From an uncultured delta proteobacterium (lineage in GTDB: Bacteria > Myxococcota_A > UBA9160 > SMWR01): DNA of 64,000 nucleotides. Below the pieces are notes generated by a model that saw only the letters and a program-made list of their open reading frames with translations, ran no database searches and was not told the DNA's origin. Numbering within the stretch: the stretch's first letter is position 1; each line of letters opens with the position of its first letter. The stretch covers positions 256,001 through 320,000 of the forward strand of contig CAWHTE010000005.1 of assembly GCA_963832165.1 (NCBI GenBank), read 5' to 3'. Below, one piece after another: positions 39,201-49,616 of this stretch. A program made the position numbers and the translations under genes.

Positions 39201-41881
39201 GAGCCGACCACGGCGGCCGCCGACAGCATGGTGAGCGTGAGCTCGCAGGTCGGATCGCCCGCGAACGACGCGCTGAAGTCCGTTCCCTGGACGAGGGCAC
39301 CCGAGACCGGCGTCGTGCCATCGGCCTCGAACACGCGCGCGGTGATCGCCGTGGGCGGCGCATCGCAGGTGCCGCCGCCGGCCGTGTTCGGCAGCAGGTC
39401 GAGGACCTGTAGATTCCACGCGGGGCCCGTGCCCGTATTGTGCGCATCGAGCGTGAACGTCCCGGGCGTGCCCGGAGACATCGAGACGGGGCCGCTCTTC
39501 TCGAGCGTCATCGCGTCGGGCCCGACGATCGTCATGGGCGGCGTGGTGTCGGGGAGACCGGGCTGCTGACTCAGCGGACTGCCGTTGGTCAGGTTGAACG
39601 TGTAGTCGGCCGTGTTCGTGAACTGGAGCCCGGTCACGTTCGTGGGCGTGTCGAGCAGCCGCACCGTGATCGCGATCGTGACCTGCTCGCCAGCCGGGAT
39701 GTCGATCCCGATCGCGGGGTCCTCGATCACGAGATTCGTCGGCGTTCCCGTGTTCACGGGGGTCGTCCAGGCGCCCGAGCCCGAGACCTTGGCCGCAGAG
39801 ACGAATGCGAGGTCGGCCGCCGACGCGTCGAGATCATCGGTGATCCGCACGTCGTACATCGGATGCGGGACCGGCGTCGCAGGAACCGTGATCTGGTAGG
39901 TGAACGTCTCGCCGATGGCGGCGGTCGCCTGCGTGTTGTTCTTGTCGAGTACGGTCGGCGCTGGTGTCCCGATCACGATGCGGGTCGGATCCTCGTCTCC
40001 ATCGACGTCGGGATCGGCCTGGCCGTTGATGTTGGGGTCGTCGCTGTCCGCGATCTTGGCCGGCGGCGGCGGCGAGTTGCGCATCAGGTCGGCCTGGTTC
40101 AACACCACCGTGCCGTTGGGAATGCCCCCGGCCAGATCGATCTCGAACTGGACCTGCACCTGGCTGTTGGCCGGGATGTCGATGTCGCGGATATCGAGGA
40201 GGCCGGCGCCGCTGGTGCCGCCGTTCGGATTCGAGAAGTTCGTGGCGCCCGGCGGCAGGCTGCCGACGATCGTGAGCGATCCGGGCACGAACACCGCGGT
40301 CGGGTTCATCGCACCGAGGTCGTCCTGGAACCCGATGTTGTTCAGCGGGACGTTCGTGCTCTGCAGGCGCAGCGTGTAGCGCAGCCGCTCGCCCGGGAGC
40401 GCCGTCGCGGCCGGGTTCACCCCCGTGGTGACGTTCGCGACCGACTTCTCGAAGAAGTAGCCGAACAGCTCCGCCGTGACGGTATGGGCGTCCTGGTGGT
40501 CGGGAAGCGCTGGAGTGCCGTCCGTGACGATGCGGTCGAATTGGATCCGGTTCGCGTTGCTGTCGTCGTCGTTGAACCACTGCGTGGCGCCCGTGATGTT
40601 CGTGAGTGGGGTGCCATCCGCGGTGTCGGGATCGAGCTGGGTCCGGTACGTGAGGATCAGCCGCTCGTTCGGGCCGATCGCGGCCGCCGCCGTGAGCATC
40701 GTGAGCGTGAGCTCACAGGTGGGTGCGCCCGCAAAGCCGAACGTGTAGTCGACGCCCTGCGTGAGCGGTCCCTTGCCCGGCACGGGCGTCGTGCCGTCGG
40801 CGGCGAACACGCGCGCGGAGAGGATCTCCGGCGTCACGCTGCACATGCCACCGCTCGCAACGTCCGGCAGCCGGTCGACGATCGTGACGTCCCACGCGGG
40901 AACGAGCCCCGTGTTCTGGAGGTCGAGTCCGAACGTGCCCCACTCGCCGAGGTTGAGCGTGCGCCCGAGCGTCGCGGGACCCGTCTTCGTCATCACGAGC
41001 GCCGGCGACGAGATCGTCATCGGCGGCGTGACGCCCCACTCGCCCGGCAGCGGCTCGTAGAACACGCCGTCGATCAGGCGTCCGAAGTGCCACTTCGCGG
41101 TGTTGATGAACTGCGTGCCCGGAGCATTCTGGGGGACGTCGTTCAGCACCACCGTGATCTCGATGACGAACTGCGTATCTGCCGGGATGACCGGGAAGTT
41201 GCTGAATGTGAGGAAGCCACCCGCGTTGCTGAACGTGTGCGGAACCGGCGCGCCGCCGTCGAGGTAGGTGGCGGTGTGACTCACATAGGTGAGGCTCGCG
41301 CCCGTCGCGTTGAGATCGTCCGTGACCGTGATGCTGTGGAGGTCGTTGGGCGAGCCCTGGTCGTCGACCACGACCTGGCCCGCCGGGTCGAACAGGATCG
41401 GGATCCGCAGCGAGTAGGTGAACGGTACTCCGATCGACGCGACCGGCGGGCCCGGCGGGTTGTCCTTGTCGATCTTCTCGACCGGGATGAACAGGTTCTG
41501 GCAGTTCGCGTGGATGCCGCTCGACGAGCCGTTCACGAACCAGATCTTGTGGCCCAGCACCCGGTTGCAGGACATCTGGCCGGTGTGCACGACGTTGTCG
41601 AAGATGATCAGCCACCGCTCATCCTGCTGGCCAGGCTGCGTGAAGAAGCTGAAGTTCGTCGACATGCCGCCCGGGTAGTTCCGGATCGTGCAGTTGCCCG
41701 AGATGTTGATCTGGGAGGGAGCCGGATCGCCCGCAAAGCCGTCGTACACGTCGGGATCGCCGGGGCCTCCGCAATCCGCCGCGTTCGCCGGAAGAGCCGC
41801 GCCCAGCAGCAATGCGCTGGCGAACAGTGCGCCTAGCGCCCTGCTCAGCGTCCCCCCACCCAACCCACCGCGCCCGAACAT
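30228..41881 (-). CDS. Giant (~3,900 aa) surface protein: DUF11/Ig-like repeats, SdrD-B-like domains, OmpA-like domains, C-terminal beta-barrel-like region (frameshifts near 37095 and 36435)
   Basis: Repeated K-x-V...PG-x-x-L-x-YT motifs and SDDP...DEDPT spacers. GHAD/GYTD...LS...RA...NRRVE OmpA motifs. Three frames join into continuous coding sequence. Confidence 0.85.
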
Positions 41882-41956
41882 CCAACCCCTCGTTCCACCA
41901 CCGCGAGACGCGCGCAAATGCCAGTGCAGAACGAGGCAGCCCACCGAATCGGGCCT

Positions 41957-42053
41957 CGATTCTTTTGGCGGTCCCGCTGTCATCGAGCCTGGGCCCGGAA
42001 GACCGGAGACTTTGCGTCGCCACCTTTCGGTGGGTTTGCCTTTGTCTGAATCG
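41957..42053 (-). ncRNA. c-di-GMP-I (GEMM-I) riboswitch
   Basis: Minus strand reads CGAUUC-AGACAAAGGCAAACCCACC-GAAA-GGUGGCGACGCAAAGUCUCCGGUC...GACAGCGGGACCGCC-AAAA-GAAUCG. It has the GGCAAA, GAAA tetraloop and GACGCAAAG hallmarks and a 6-bp P1. Confidence 0.88.
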
Positions 42054-42114
42054 TTACGGGCCTTTTGGACCCGCTATGTCATCAGAAAACCACGGCCGAC
42101 CGCCGTTTGACCCC

Positions 42115-42136
42115 CGTGACGTGCGACACAATATTG
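42115..42136. promoter_or_regulatory. CRP/FNR-like box shared with 52194-52215
   Basis: CGTGA-CGTGCG-ACACA followed by ATATTG. 19/22 identical to the second copy. Confidence 0.6.
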
Positions 42137-42161
42137 CGATTAGTTAGGTCGACCGATCCGC

Positions 42162-43547
42162 CTAGCCCGCCGGCAGGAAGTCGATCGGGTAGAGGATCGA
42201 AACCGTTCCCACGTCCTTCGCACCGAAGTCGAAGGCCCGCACGCGCGCGACTACCTGCGCGGCCAGATCCGGCGCCCGCATGTCGGAGCCCTTCAGCTGG
42301 CACAGCGAGACGCTGCCGTTCGGCTCGATCGTCAGGCGCAGGATCATCTGCCCGCGCAGCGTCGGATCGCGCCGCAGCTCGCGGTTGTAGAGGCGATAGA
42401 GCTCCGCCTTGTGGCGGTCGAACACGATCTGGATCTCCTCGTCGGTGCGACCGGCCTTGGCGCCCGTGCCCAGGCCCGTGCCCGAGTCGCCGCGCCCGCC
42501 GCCTCCACCCGCGATCGTGCTCGTCGCGCGCGCGATCTGGACGCCCTGGATCGATCCGGAGCCTCCACCGCTGCCGCCCGAGTTCACGCCGCGCGAGAGC
42601 GACGCGAGGTTGATGCCTCCGCTCGAGCCGGGCGCCTGACTCGTGATCATCGAGCGCTGGACGGCGCCGCTCTCCGCGCCCGCGTTGGTCAGGTTGGCGG
42701 CCGCGCCGAGCCGCGCGAGCTGCTGATTCACCTTGATTCCGGACAGCTGCTCCTTGAACGCGAGCAGACCCTTGGCCGGACCTTCGCTGGGGCCCTCGGT
42801 CTTGCCCTTGCCGGGCCCGGTGTCCTTCTTGGCCGGCTCGGGAACGGTCTCGTCCGCGATCAGCTTCTTCTCGTCCGGGACCTGCTGCACGGGCGGCGGC
42901 GGCGGCGGAAGCGGCCGCGCCTTCGTCATCAGGCGCACCACGTTGTCCGGCAGCGGGGGGAGCGCATCGGGCTCGAGCAGCGGAATCTCGACCAGCGGGA
43001 TCACGAGCATGAGCAGCAAGGTGATCGCCAGGTTCGTTCCCATGTTCTTGCGGAAACGCTGGTCGGCCTCGTCGCCGCGCGACCACGGCATCACGATCGG
43101 GTGATAGGGAAGCTCGCTGGGGTTGCGGTCGACCTCCCACTCTTCGAGCCGCCGGAGCTCCTGCTCCTGCGCCTCGCGCACATCGTCGGCGATCCAATCC
43201 GCGGCGTCCTGCTGGCGCAGAACCTCCTCGAGCACCTCCTGGCGACGCTCCTCGATCTCGTCGATGCGCTTCTCGAAGCCCGCCACATGGCTGCGCACCC
43301 GCATCAGGAGCTGACTGCTGGCGGCCTCGCGCTCGCCCCAGAAGAGGCCGGCGCCGCCGAGCTCGGAGAGCTCCTCGAGCGCGCCGCACGCGGCGCTCAT
43401 GAGCTGGTGCTGCCTGCGCTCGGTGGACAGCGCCTCGAGCTCACCATCGATCGCGCGCAGGTTGCCCGCGAGACCGTCGAGCTTCTCCTGCGCCTCGGCA
43501 AGCTGTGCGAGGAGCGCCTGTTGATCTTGGCCGGTTACGGAGTCCAT
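42162..43547 (-). CDS. TonB-C/AgmX-PglI C-terminal domain protein (GltG-like energy transducer)
   Basis: Coiled-coil N-terminus, single TM, Pro/Gly-rich linker, C-terminal RTDEEIQIVFD...LYNRELR...IEPNG...F domain. Confidence 0.8.
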   Translation of the reverse strand: MDSVTGQDQQALLAQLAEAQEKLDGLAGNLRAIDGELEALSTERRQHQLMSAACGALEELSELGGAGLFWGEREAASSQLLMRVRSHVAGFEKRIDEIEERRQEVLEEVLRQQDAADWIADDVREAQEQELRRLEEWEVDRNPSELPYHPIVMPWSRGDEADQRFRKNMGTNLAITLLLMLVIPLVEIPLLEPDALPPLPDNVVRLMTKARPLPPPPPPVQQVPDEKKLIADETVPEPAKKDTGPGKGKTEGPSEGPAKGLLAFKEQLSGIKVNQQLARLGAAANLTNAGAESGAVQRSMITSQAPGSSGGINLASLSRGVNSGGSGGGSGSIQGVQIARATSTIAGGGGGRGDSGTGLGTGAKAGRTDEEIQIVFDRHKAELYRLYNRELRRDPTLRGQMILRLTIEPNGSVSLCQLKGSDMRAPDLAAQVVARVRAFDFGAKDVGTVSILYPIDFLPAG

Positions 43548-43604
43548 GGATCACCTAGATCTGGAAGTGTCTTGATATGCGTTCAACACCGGACGACGCC
43601 GGCG

Positions 43605-44132
43605 CTAGGCCGACTCGAGGCTCGCAACGGAGACCGGCTCGTCCTTCCGAATGACCGCGAGCGAGATCTTCCCGTAGGCGGCGGCAGTGCACGTCGCCAT
43701 CACCTTCTTCACCACGTCGTACGGCAGGGATTTGTCTCCCATCACCGTGATCTCGCGCGACGCGATGTCCTCTTCGGTCACGGGCGCACCGCCCGCGACC
43801 ATCGGCCGCTCGAGCACAGCCCGGAGCGGCGCGATCAGCTGCGTCTCGGCGTGGAGCACGTCCTCGACGTTCGCGACGAGCTCGCCCTGCACGAAGATCT
43901 GGTCCTTCGTGATCATCACGACCACGGACTGCTTCGGCAGCTCTTCCGCGACCGAGTGGGGAACCTCGACGCCCTTGCTGTTCTGGATCACCTCGACGTC
44001 GGCCGAGTACACGAGCAGGAACGCCACCATCACCGACATGATGTCGATCATCGGGATCAGGTTCAGCTCCGTCTCCGTGTGGTGGCTGCGGTCCTTCGCC
44101 ACGTTGCGGCGCGCGATGTTCAGAATGCTCAT
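43605..44132 (-). CDS. ExbD/TolR family protein (AglS/AglQ-like)
   Basis: LNLIPMIDIMSVMVAFLL TM with conserved Asp, and GDKSLPY. Confidence 0.9.
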   Translation of the reverse strand: MSILNIARRNVAKDRSHHTETELNLIPMIDIMSVMVAFLLVYSADVEVIQNSKGVEVPHSVAEELPKQSVVVMITKDQIFVQGELVANVEDVLHAETQLIAPLRAVLERPMVAGGAPVTEEDIASREITVMGDKSLPYDVVKKVMATCTAAAYGKISLAVIRKDEPVSVASLESA

Positions 44133-44175
44133 CGGGGTGTTTCTCCGTTGCTGTTCGCCGTGGGGGAGTGAAACG

Positions 44176-44757
44176 TCACGGCGCGTCGCCGACCGAGATG
44201 TCGGTGAACAGGGCCACGCGAATGGTCTTGGGCAGCACCGCCCTCGGACCGCCCGCCTTGGCCGGCTCCGCCTTCACCGGCAGGGCCGCGGCGTCCGGAG
44301 CAGCGGCCGCCGGGGTGAGCTTGGCCACGAGCTCGCTGTTCGAGGGCAGCTCGACGCTGCGGATCACGTCCATCACCTGGATCATGTTGTCGTAGTCGAT
44401 GTCGGGCTGGAGCAGAACCGAGGCGTCGTCCGAATCCGGGTAGTCGCTCTTCAGCGACACCACGAGCTCCCCGAGCGTCTTCATGTCGTACGCTCCGTCC
44501 ACCTTCGGGATCGTCGCGATCAGCGCCGTGCCGTTGGTGAGCTCGAAGCCCTCCTTGCGGACGATCACTTCGAGCCGGAACGGCGGCGTCGCGGCCACGG
44601 CGGTGTTCGAGCTCGGAAGGTCGAGCTCGATGATCGTGATGCGCGAAAACACCGCTGTCATCAGCAGGAACGTGACCAACACCGTGAAGATGTCGATCAT
44701 CGGCACGAGCATCAGCTCTGTCGCTTTGCGTTGCGGATGTCTGTGTTTCCGTCGCAT
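44176..44757 (-). CDS. ExbD/TolR family protein (AglQ/AglS-like)
   Basis: LMLVPMIDIFTVLVTFLL and YDNMIQVMD. Confidence 0.9.
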   Translation of the reverse strand: MRRKHRHPQRKATELMLVPMIDIFTVLVTFLLMTAVFSRITIIELDLPSSNTAVAATPPFRLEVIVRKEGFELTNGTALIATIPKVDGAYDMKTLGELVVSLKSDYPDSDDASVLLQPDIDYDNMIQVMDVIRSVELPSNSELVAKLTPAAAAPDAAALPVKAEPAKAGGPRAVLPKTIRVALFTDISVGDAP

Positions 44758-44769
44758 TGACGATCTCCC

Positions 44770-45456
44770 TTAACCCTGCGCCGCCTGCGGCTGCACGAGA
44801 CCGAGGCGACCCGCCTTGGCGGCGTGGCGCTCGGTGACCGCGTTCAGGAACTTCGTGCAGGCCATCTCGAGACCGGTGACCAGCTCGATCGTCTTGGTCT
44901 GCAGGAACGCGTGGATGAACACGAACGGCACCGCGGTCATCAGACCGAACGCCGTACAGTTCATCGCCTCCGAGATGCTGGCCGAGAGCAGGTTCGCCTT
45001 CTCGGCCGGGTTCACGGTCGCCACCGCGCCGAACGCGTGGATCAGACCGCTCACGGTGCCGAGCAGGCCCAGCAGCGTCGCGAGGTTCGCGAACGTGGCC
45101 AGGTAGTGCGTGCGCTTCTCGAGCTGCGGGACGATCTCCATCATCGCCTCTTCCATCGCCACCTCGACGTCCTCGCGCCGGCGCACTGCGCCCTGGCGAG
45201 CCAGTCCCATGGCGAGGATCTGCGAGATCGCCGTCTCGTCGTTGCGCGTCATCTCGCGCGCCTGCTCGAACTCGCCGGCCGCGAGCACGGGCTGGAGCCG
45301 GGCCCATGTGCCCTTGTTCACCGAGCCCAGGCGGACCAGCGTGACGTAGCGCTCGAGCGCGATCGCGCCGCCGGCGGCCAGCACCAACGCGATCGGGAGC
45401 ATGAACACGCCGCCCCCCGCGAAGAATCCAACAATCGAATACATGAAGTCCATCAC
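44770..45456 (-). CDS. MotA/TolQ/ExbB proton channel (AglR-like)
   Basis: ATLLGLLGTVSGLI and ISEAMNCTAFGL. Confidence 0.92.
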   Translation of the reverse strand: MMDFMYSIVGFFAGGGVFMLPIALVLAAGGAIALERYVTLVRLGSVNKGTWARLQPVLAAGEFEQAREMTRNDETAISQILAMGLARQGAVRRREDVEVAMEEAMMEIVPQLEKRTHYLATFANLATLLGLLGTVSGLIHAFGAVATVNPAEKANLLSASISEAMNCTAFGLMTAVPFVFIHAFLQTKTIELVTGLEMACTKFLNAVTERHAAKAGRLGLVQPQAAQG

Positions 45457-45495
45457 CCGATCCTCCCCATCAATCTGTCGTGGTTGCCTTCGGTC

Positions 45496-45813
45496 CTAAC
45501 GCGCGCCGGAACCGCTGGTTCCGGACGACTCCGATCTGATCTGGTAGTAGTCGAGCTCGCGCAGGAACACGTCCCTGTCGACGGGCTGGCGGCCATCATC
45601 GAGCGCGCGCGACACGTCGAGCGCGCTGCCGAGCGCCGAGCTCTTCCACGGCACGATCACGAGCGCCTTGGGCGCGTCGTCGTTGCCGACGATCGCCATG
45701 CCCGCGAGCTCCTTGTCGCCCTTGGGCGCCGCCGGCGTCTCCTTGGGCTCCTCCGCCGCGAGCGCGGCGGCGGCCGCGAGCATCACCGTGCATGACACGA
45801 TCGAGCGCAGCAT
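45496..45813 (-). CDS. Small secreted protein (possible GltF-like)
   Basis: Signal peptide and GN-x-x-x-PK-x-L-x-IVPW motif. Position lies within the operon. Confidence 0.6.
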   Translation of the reverse strand: MLRSIVSCTVMLAAAAALAAEEPKETPAAPKGDKELAGMAIVGNDDAPKALVIVPWKSSALGSALDVSRALDDGRQPVDRDVFLRELDYYQIRSESSGTSGSGAR

Positions 45814-45821
45814 CGCACTCC

Positions 45822-46436
45822 TCACTTTCCGGCCCGCGCGCGCAGGTCGGCGACCCACATCGCGGCCTCCGCGTCACCCGGCACGGCCTGCAGGTAGAGC
45901 TCGTACTGCTCGAGCGCGCATTCCGCGTCGCGCAGATAGAGGTCGCACAGGATCCCGAGATTGCGCCGCGCGTAGTGGAAGCTCGGATAGAGCGCGAGCG
46001 CCTGCTCGTAGCTCTTGCGCGCCTGCGCGAAGCGGCCGGTCTTGCGCAGCACGATCCCCATCTCGTTGTGCGCGACCGGGTGGCGCGGATTCTGCTCGAG
46101 CGCCTTCACGAGGCTGGCCTCGGCGCGCGCGAGATCGCCCTTCTCGCGGTAGGCGATCGCGAGGTTGATGTGGGCCGACGTCGCATCCGGCGCGGCCTTC
46201 GTCACCTCTTCGAGCTGCGCGATCGCGCCGTCGTACTGCTTCTGCTCGAGCGCGCGGACCGCACCGTCGAACCCGGACCGCGCCGATCCGCTCGCGCGCA
46301 CGGTCTCGGTGATCGTGAAGCCCGAGAGGTCCTGGACCTCGACGGGCGCGGGACGCGCCGGAGCCGAGCCCGCGCACGCGGTGGCCAGGCAGGCGGCGGC
46401 GAACAGAGCGAGCGCGCGATTTTGGTGCTGCGACAT
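45822..46436 (-). CDS. TPR lipoprotein (GltE-like)
   Basis: Lipobox ATAC and TPRs (AHINLAIAY, AHNEMGIVLRKTGRF, NLGILCDLYL). Confidence 0.8.
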   Translation of the reverse strand: MSQHQNRALALFAAACLATACAGSAPARPAPVEVQDLSGFTITETVRASGSARSGFDGAVRALEQKQYDGAIAQLEEVTKAAPDATSAHINLAIAYREKGDLARAEASLVKALEQNPRHPVAHNEMGIVLRKTGRFAQARKSYEQALALYPSFHYARRNLGILCDLYLRDAECALEQYELYLQAVPGDAEAAMWVADLRARAGK

Positions 46437-46438
46437 TC

Positions 46439-49400
46439 TCAGTTCTCCGCCATCGGCTCGTCGGCCGCCGCGGGATCCGGTGCGGCCGGCGGCGCGGGCG
46501 CCTCGGCCTCGGGAACCGCGATTTCCTCGGGGACGGCCGCCTCCGCGGGCGCGCTCGGCTCCACGCTCTCCGCGAGCTCCGGCTGCACGGGCTGCGCCGG
46601 CTCGGGCTGCGCGGGCGCCGGCCGGGCCGGTGCGCGATACGCGTAGCTGTCGATCGCCGCGACCGGGCCGCTGCTCGTCTCGGACTTCGCATAACGGCCG
46701 GGCGAGAGCGCCGCGAGCCGCGCGAGGCTCTTGTCGATCCAGGGGTTGTACACGCCCGAGCCCAGCAGCTCGAGGTTCTTCTCGTGAACCGCGATCGCCT
46801 TGTCCTCGAACGGGAACGCCTCGCCTTCGAGCGTCGCGTCGTACTCCGCGAGCTCTGCGGCCGAGAGGCCGCCCGGGCGCTCCGACTCGAGCAGCGCGCG
46901 GCTGAAGTCCGCGTAGACCTCGGCCATGTAGAACGTGGCGGCCGAGGTCACCTCGGCGACCTCGTAGTCCACGAGCGCGCCGAGCGCGTCGAGCGTCGTG
47001 TTCATGCGCTGCTGCTTCTGCTTGAGGCTGCGCTCGAACGGCAGCGTCAGAGCCACCTCGCCGAACGATCGGTAGAGCTCCTGGGCCAGCACGAGCGCCG
47101 ACTGTGCGGCGAGGAAGCGCACGCGCGCGGTGCGCTGCCCGCCCGCGTTGGCGTCGATGTCCACGATCTGGTGCAGCTGGCCGTGGTAGGCGACCTGGTC
47201 GCGCGCCGCCGAGTACATGCCCGCGATCTTCCAGCGCGTCTCCACGGCCGGCTCGATCGGCTCGGGGAACTCGCTCACGTACTTGAGGTAGGCCGCGAGC
47301 GCGCGCTCGGTCGACTTCGCCTTCTCGTACAGATCGCCCGCCTCGAGCTGGGCCTCGCGGCGCAGCTCGGGGTCTTCGGACTCCACCGCAACGCGCTCGT
47401 ACTCGGCGGCCGCACCGGCGAGATTGCCCTCTTCCCGCTTCACGAACGCGATCTGCTTGGTGGCCTCGCGGTTGAGCTCGTGCTCCGGGTAGGCCTTGCG
47501 GAAGCCATCGAGCACGGCGCCGGCCTTGGCCCAATCCTCGACCCTCATCAGCGCAGCGCCCGCGTCGTACTCGGCCGAGGGCCGGATGCTCGAGGTCGGA
47601 GCCGCCTTCGCAACGCGCAGGAAGTGGTCGGAGGCCGCGCGGTAGTCCTGGGCGGCATTGGCCTGCTCGCCCTGCTTGTAGATCGAGGCGGCCAGATTGT
47701 CGATCACCCCCTGGCGCGCCTTGTCCTCGCCCGCGGTCATCTCGAGCACGTGCGTGTAGGCCTGCTCGGCCTGCGGATAGGCCGAGGTCTCGAACGAGGA
47801 GTGCGCGACCACGGTCCACGCCGCGCGCCGGATCGCCGGATCGGAGCCCGGATAGCTCTCGATCAGCCGAGTGCCCGTCGCGATCGCGCGCTCGAACTCC
47901 TTCATCTCGTACAGGTTGTCGACGGCCGCGCCGAGCACCGCCGCGGCGTGCTCGTGCTTCGGGAACTTGTCCACGAAGCGGAGCGTGCTCGCGACCGCGT
48001 TGCGCTTGACCGCCACCTTGTCGTCGCCCGATGCGGCCTTCTCGTGCTCGCGATGCGCGTAGATCGCTGCATAACCGGCCGACGCGCTCTTCTCGTGATC
48101 GGGATACTCGTAGGCGGTGCGTTCGTACTCGCGCGCCGACTGGCCGAAGTCCTTGTTCTCGAGCAGGAGGTCCGCGAGCCGGTAGTGGAGCGCCGGCGTC
48201 TCCTGCTCCTTCGGGAAGGACGTGAGATAGCCGCGGTACCAGCGCTGAGCTTCGGCGAAGTTCGCGGGCTTCTCCTTCTCGAGGCCCTCCGCCTGATAGA
48301 GCGCGTGATAGTGATGCGCGAGGTCCTGGAGGTTCTTCTTGAGGAAGCCCCGGACTTCGGGCGACTTGTCGATGTCGAAGTGGCGCCAGTATTCGGACTC
48401 GAGCGCGTACGTGGCCGCGAACTGCTTCTTCGACTCGAGCACGAGCTTGGGGAAATCGCCCTTCCCGTAGATCTCGATCACGCGCATGCTGAAGTGCGGC
48501 GACACCTTGTGCAGCGGATTCAGCTCGATGAACGCCTGGTAGCTCGCCGCGGCGTCCTGGAAGCGCAGCTTCTCGAGGTAGTACTCGCCGAGGCCGCGGT
48601 AGATGCGGTCCTCGTAGCCCCGGTGTCCCTTCGCGCCGAAGTACGAGACCACGGACGACGGCCCGCCCAGGCCCGAGAACGAGAGGCTGATCACGTGATA
48701 GGTGTCGGCGATCCGGCGCTCGGTGTCCTCGTCGTTCTTCTGATCGAAGTCGTATCCCGTGGAGACCTTGTAATCGAGCAGCGCCATGTACTGGTCGAGC
48801 GCTTCCTCGAGCATGTCCTGCTTGTAGAGGGTCCAGCCGAGCTTGTACAACGCGAGCTCGTAGTACTCGGACCGCGAACCCATCGCCGTGATCGCGCCGT
48901 ACGACTTCTCCGCGTCGAGGAACTTCTTGCGCACGAAGTAGTACTCCGCACGCCGGAACTGCACTTCGTCGAGATGCCGCGACGCCGGATACTGCGCGAC
49001 CAGCTGGTCGATCACCGTGACCGCTTCGTCGACGCGGCCGAGCTCGTCGAACGCGCGCGCCTTCTGGTAGAGCACCTGGTCGTTGTGCGGGTAGTTCGGA
49101 TAGGCGGTGAGGATCTGGTCGTAGAGCGCGATCGCCTCGAGCGGACCGTCGGGCGCCTGCTCCTTCCCACCCGGCAGGTCGAGCGAGCGCGGAGCGCCCG
49201 ACGGCAGCTCCGTGGCGCGGTCGCACGCCGCTCGAACTCCTGATCGGATTCAGCGCGCTTCGGCTTCTCGCTCGCCTTGCGCGGCGCCGGCTTCGCTTCG
49301 GCGGGCACGGCGCTCGGCTCCGGAGCCGGCATCTCGCGGATCTTCGAGTCCTCGAGCAGCCCGTATTCCTTCTCGAGCTTGAGGTCCGCGAGGCGCCGCA

Positions 49401-49608
49401 TCGCCTCGGGCGTGAGCGCGGACTCGGGCGCCTCGTCGAGGAACTTGCGGTAACCCGACATCGCCTTGTCGAGGCTGTCCTCGACCTTCACCTCGGCGGT
49501 ATCGGGCTCGACCGAGTGCAGCTTCGCGAGCGTCTGCCCCGAGTTCCCGGCGCACGCGGCCGCCACCGCGGACGCGAACAGGAGTGTCGTGCGGGCCCAG
49601 TGATTCAT
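46439..49608 (-). CDS. Large TPR lipoprotein (GltD-like), frameshift near 49215
   Basis: Lipobox AAAC and AMRRLADLKLE. Continues in another frame into the 878-aa TPR ORF ending PFEDKAIAVHEKN...PGRYAK. Confidence 0.8.
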
Positions 49609-49616
49609 GGCGGGGC

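Noticed and set aside
41882..41983. N-terminal extension of the giant protein from ATG 41983
   Set aside because: The ATG lies inside the riboswitch aptamer. ATG 41881 has an RBS and leads into a signal peptide.
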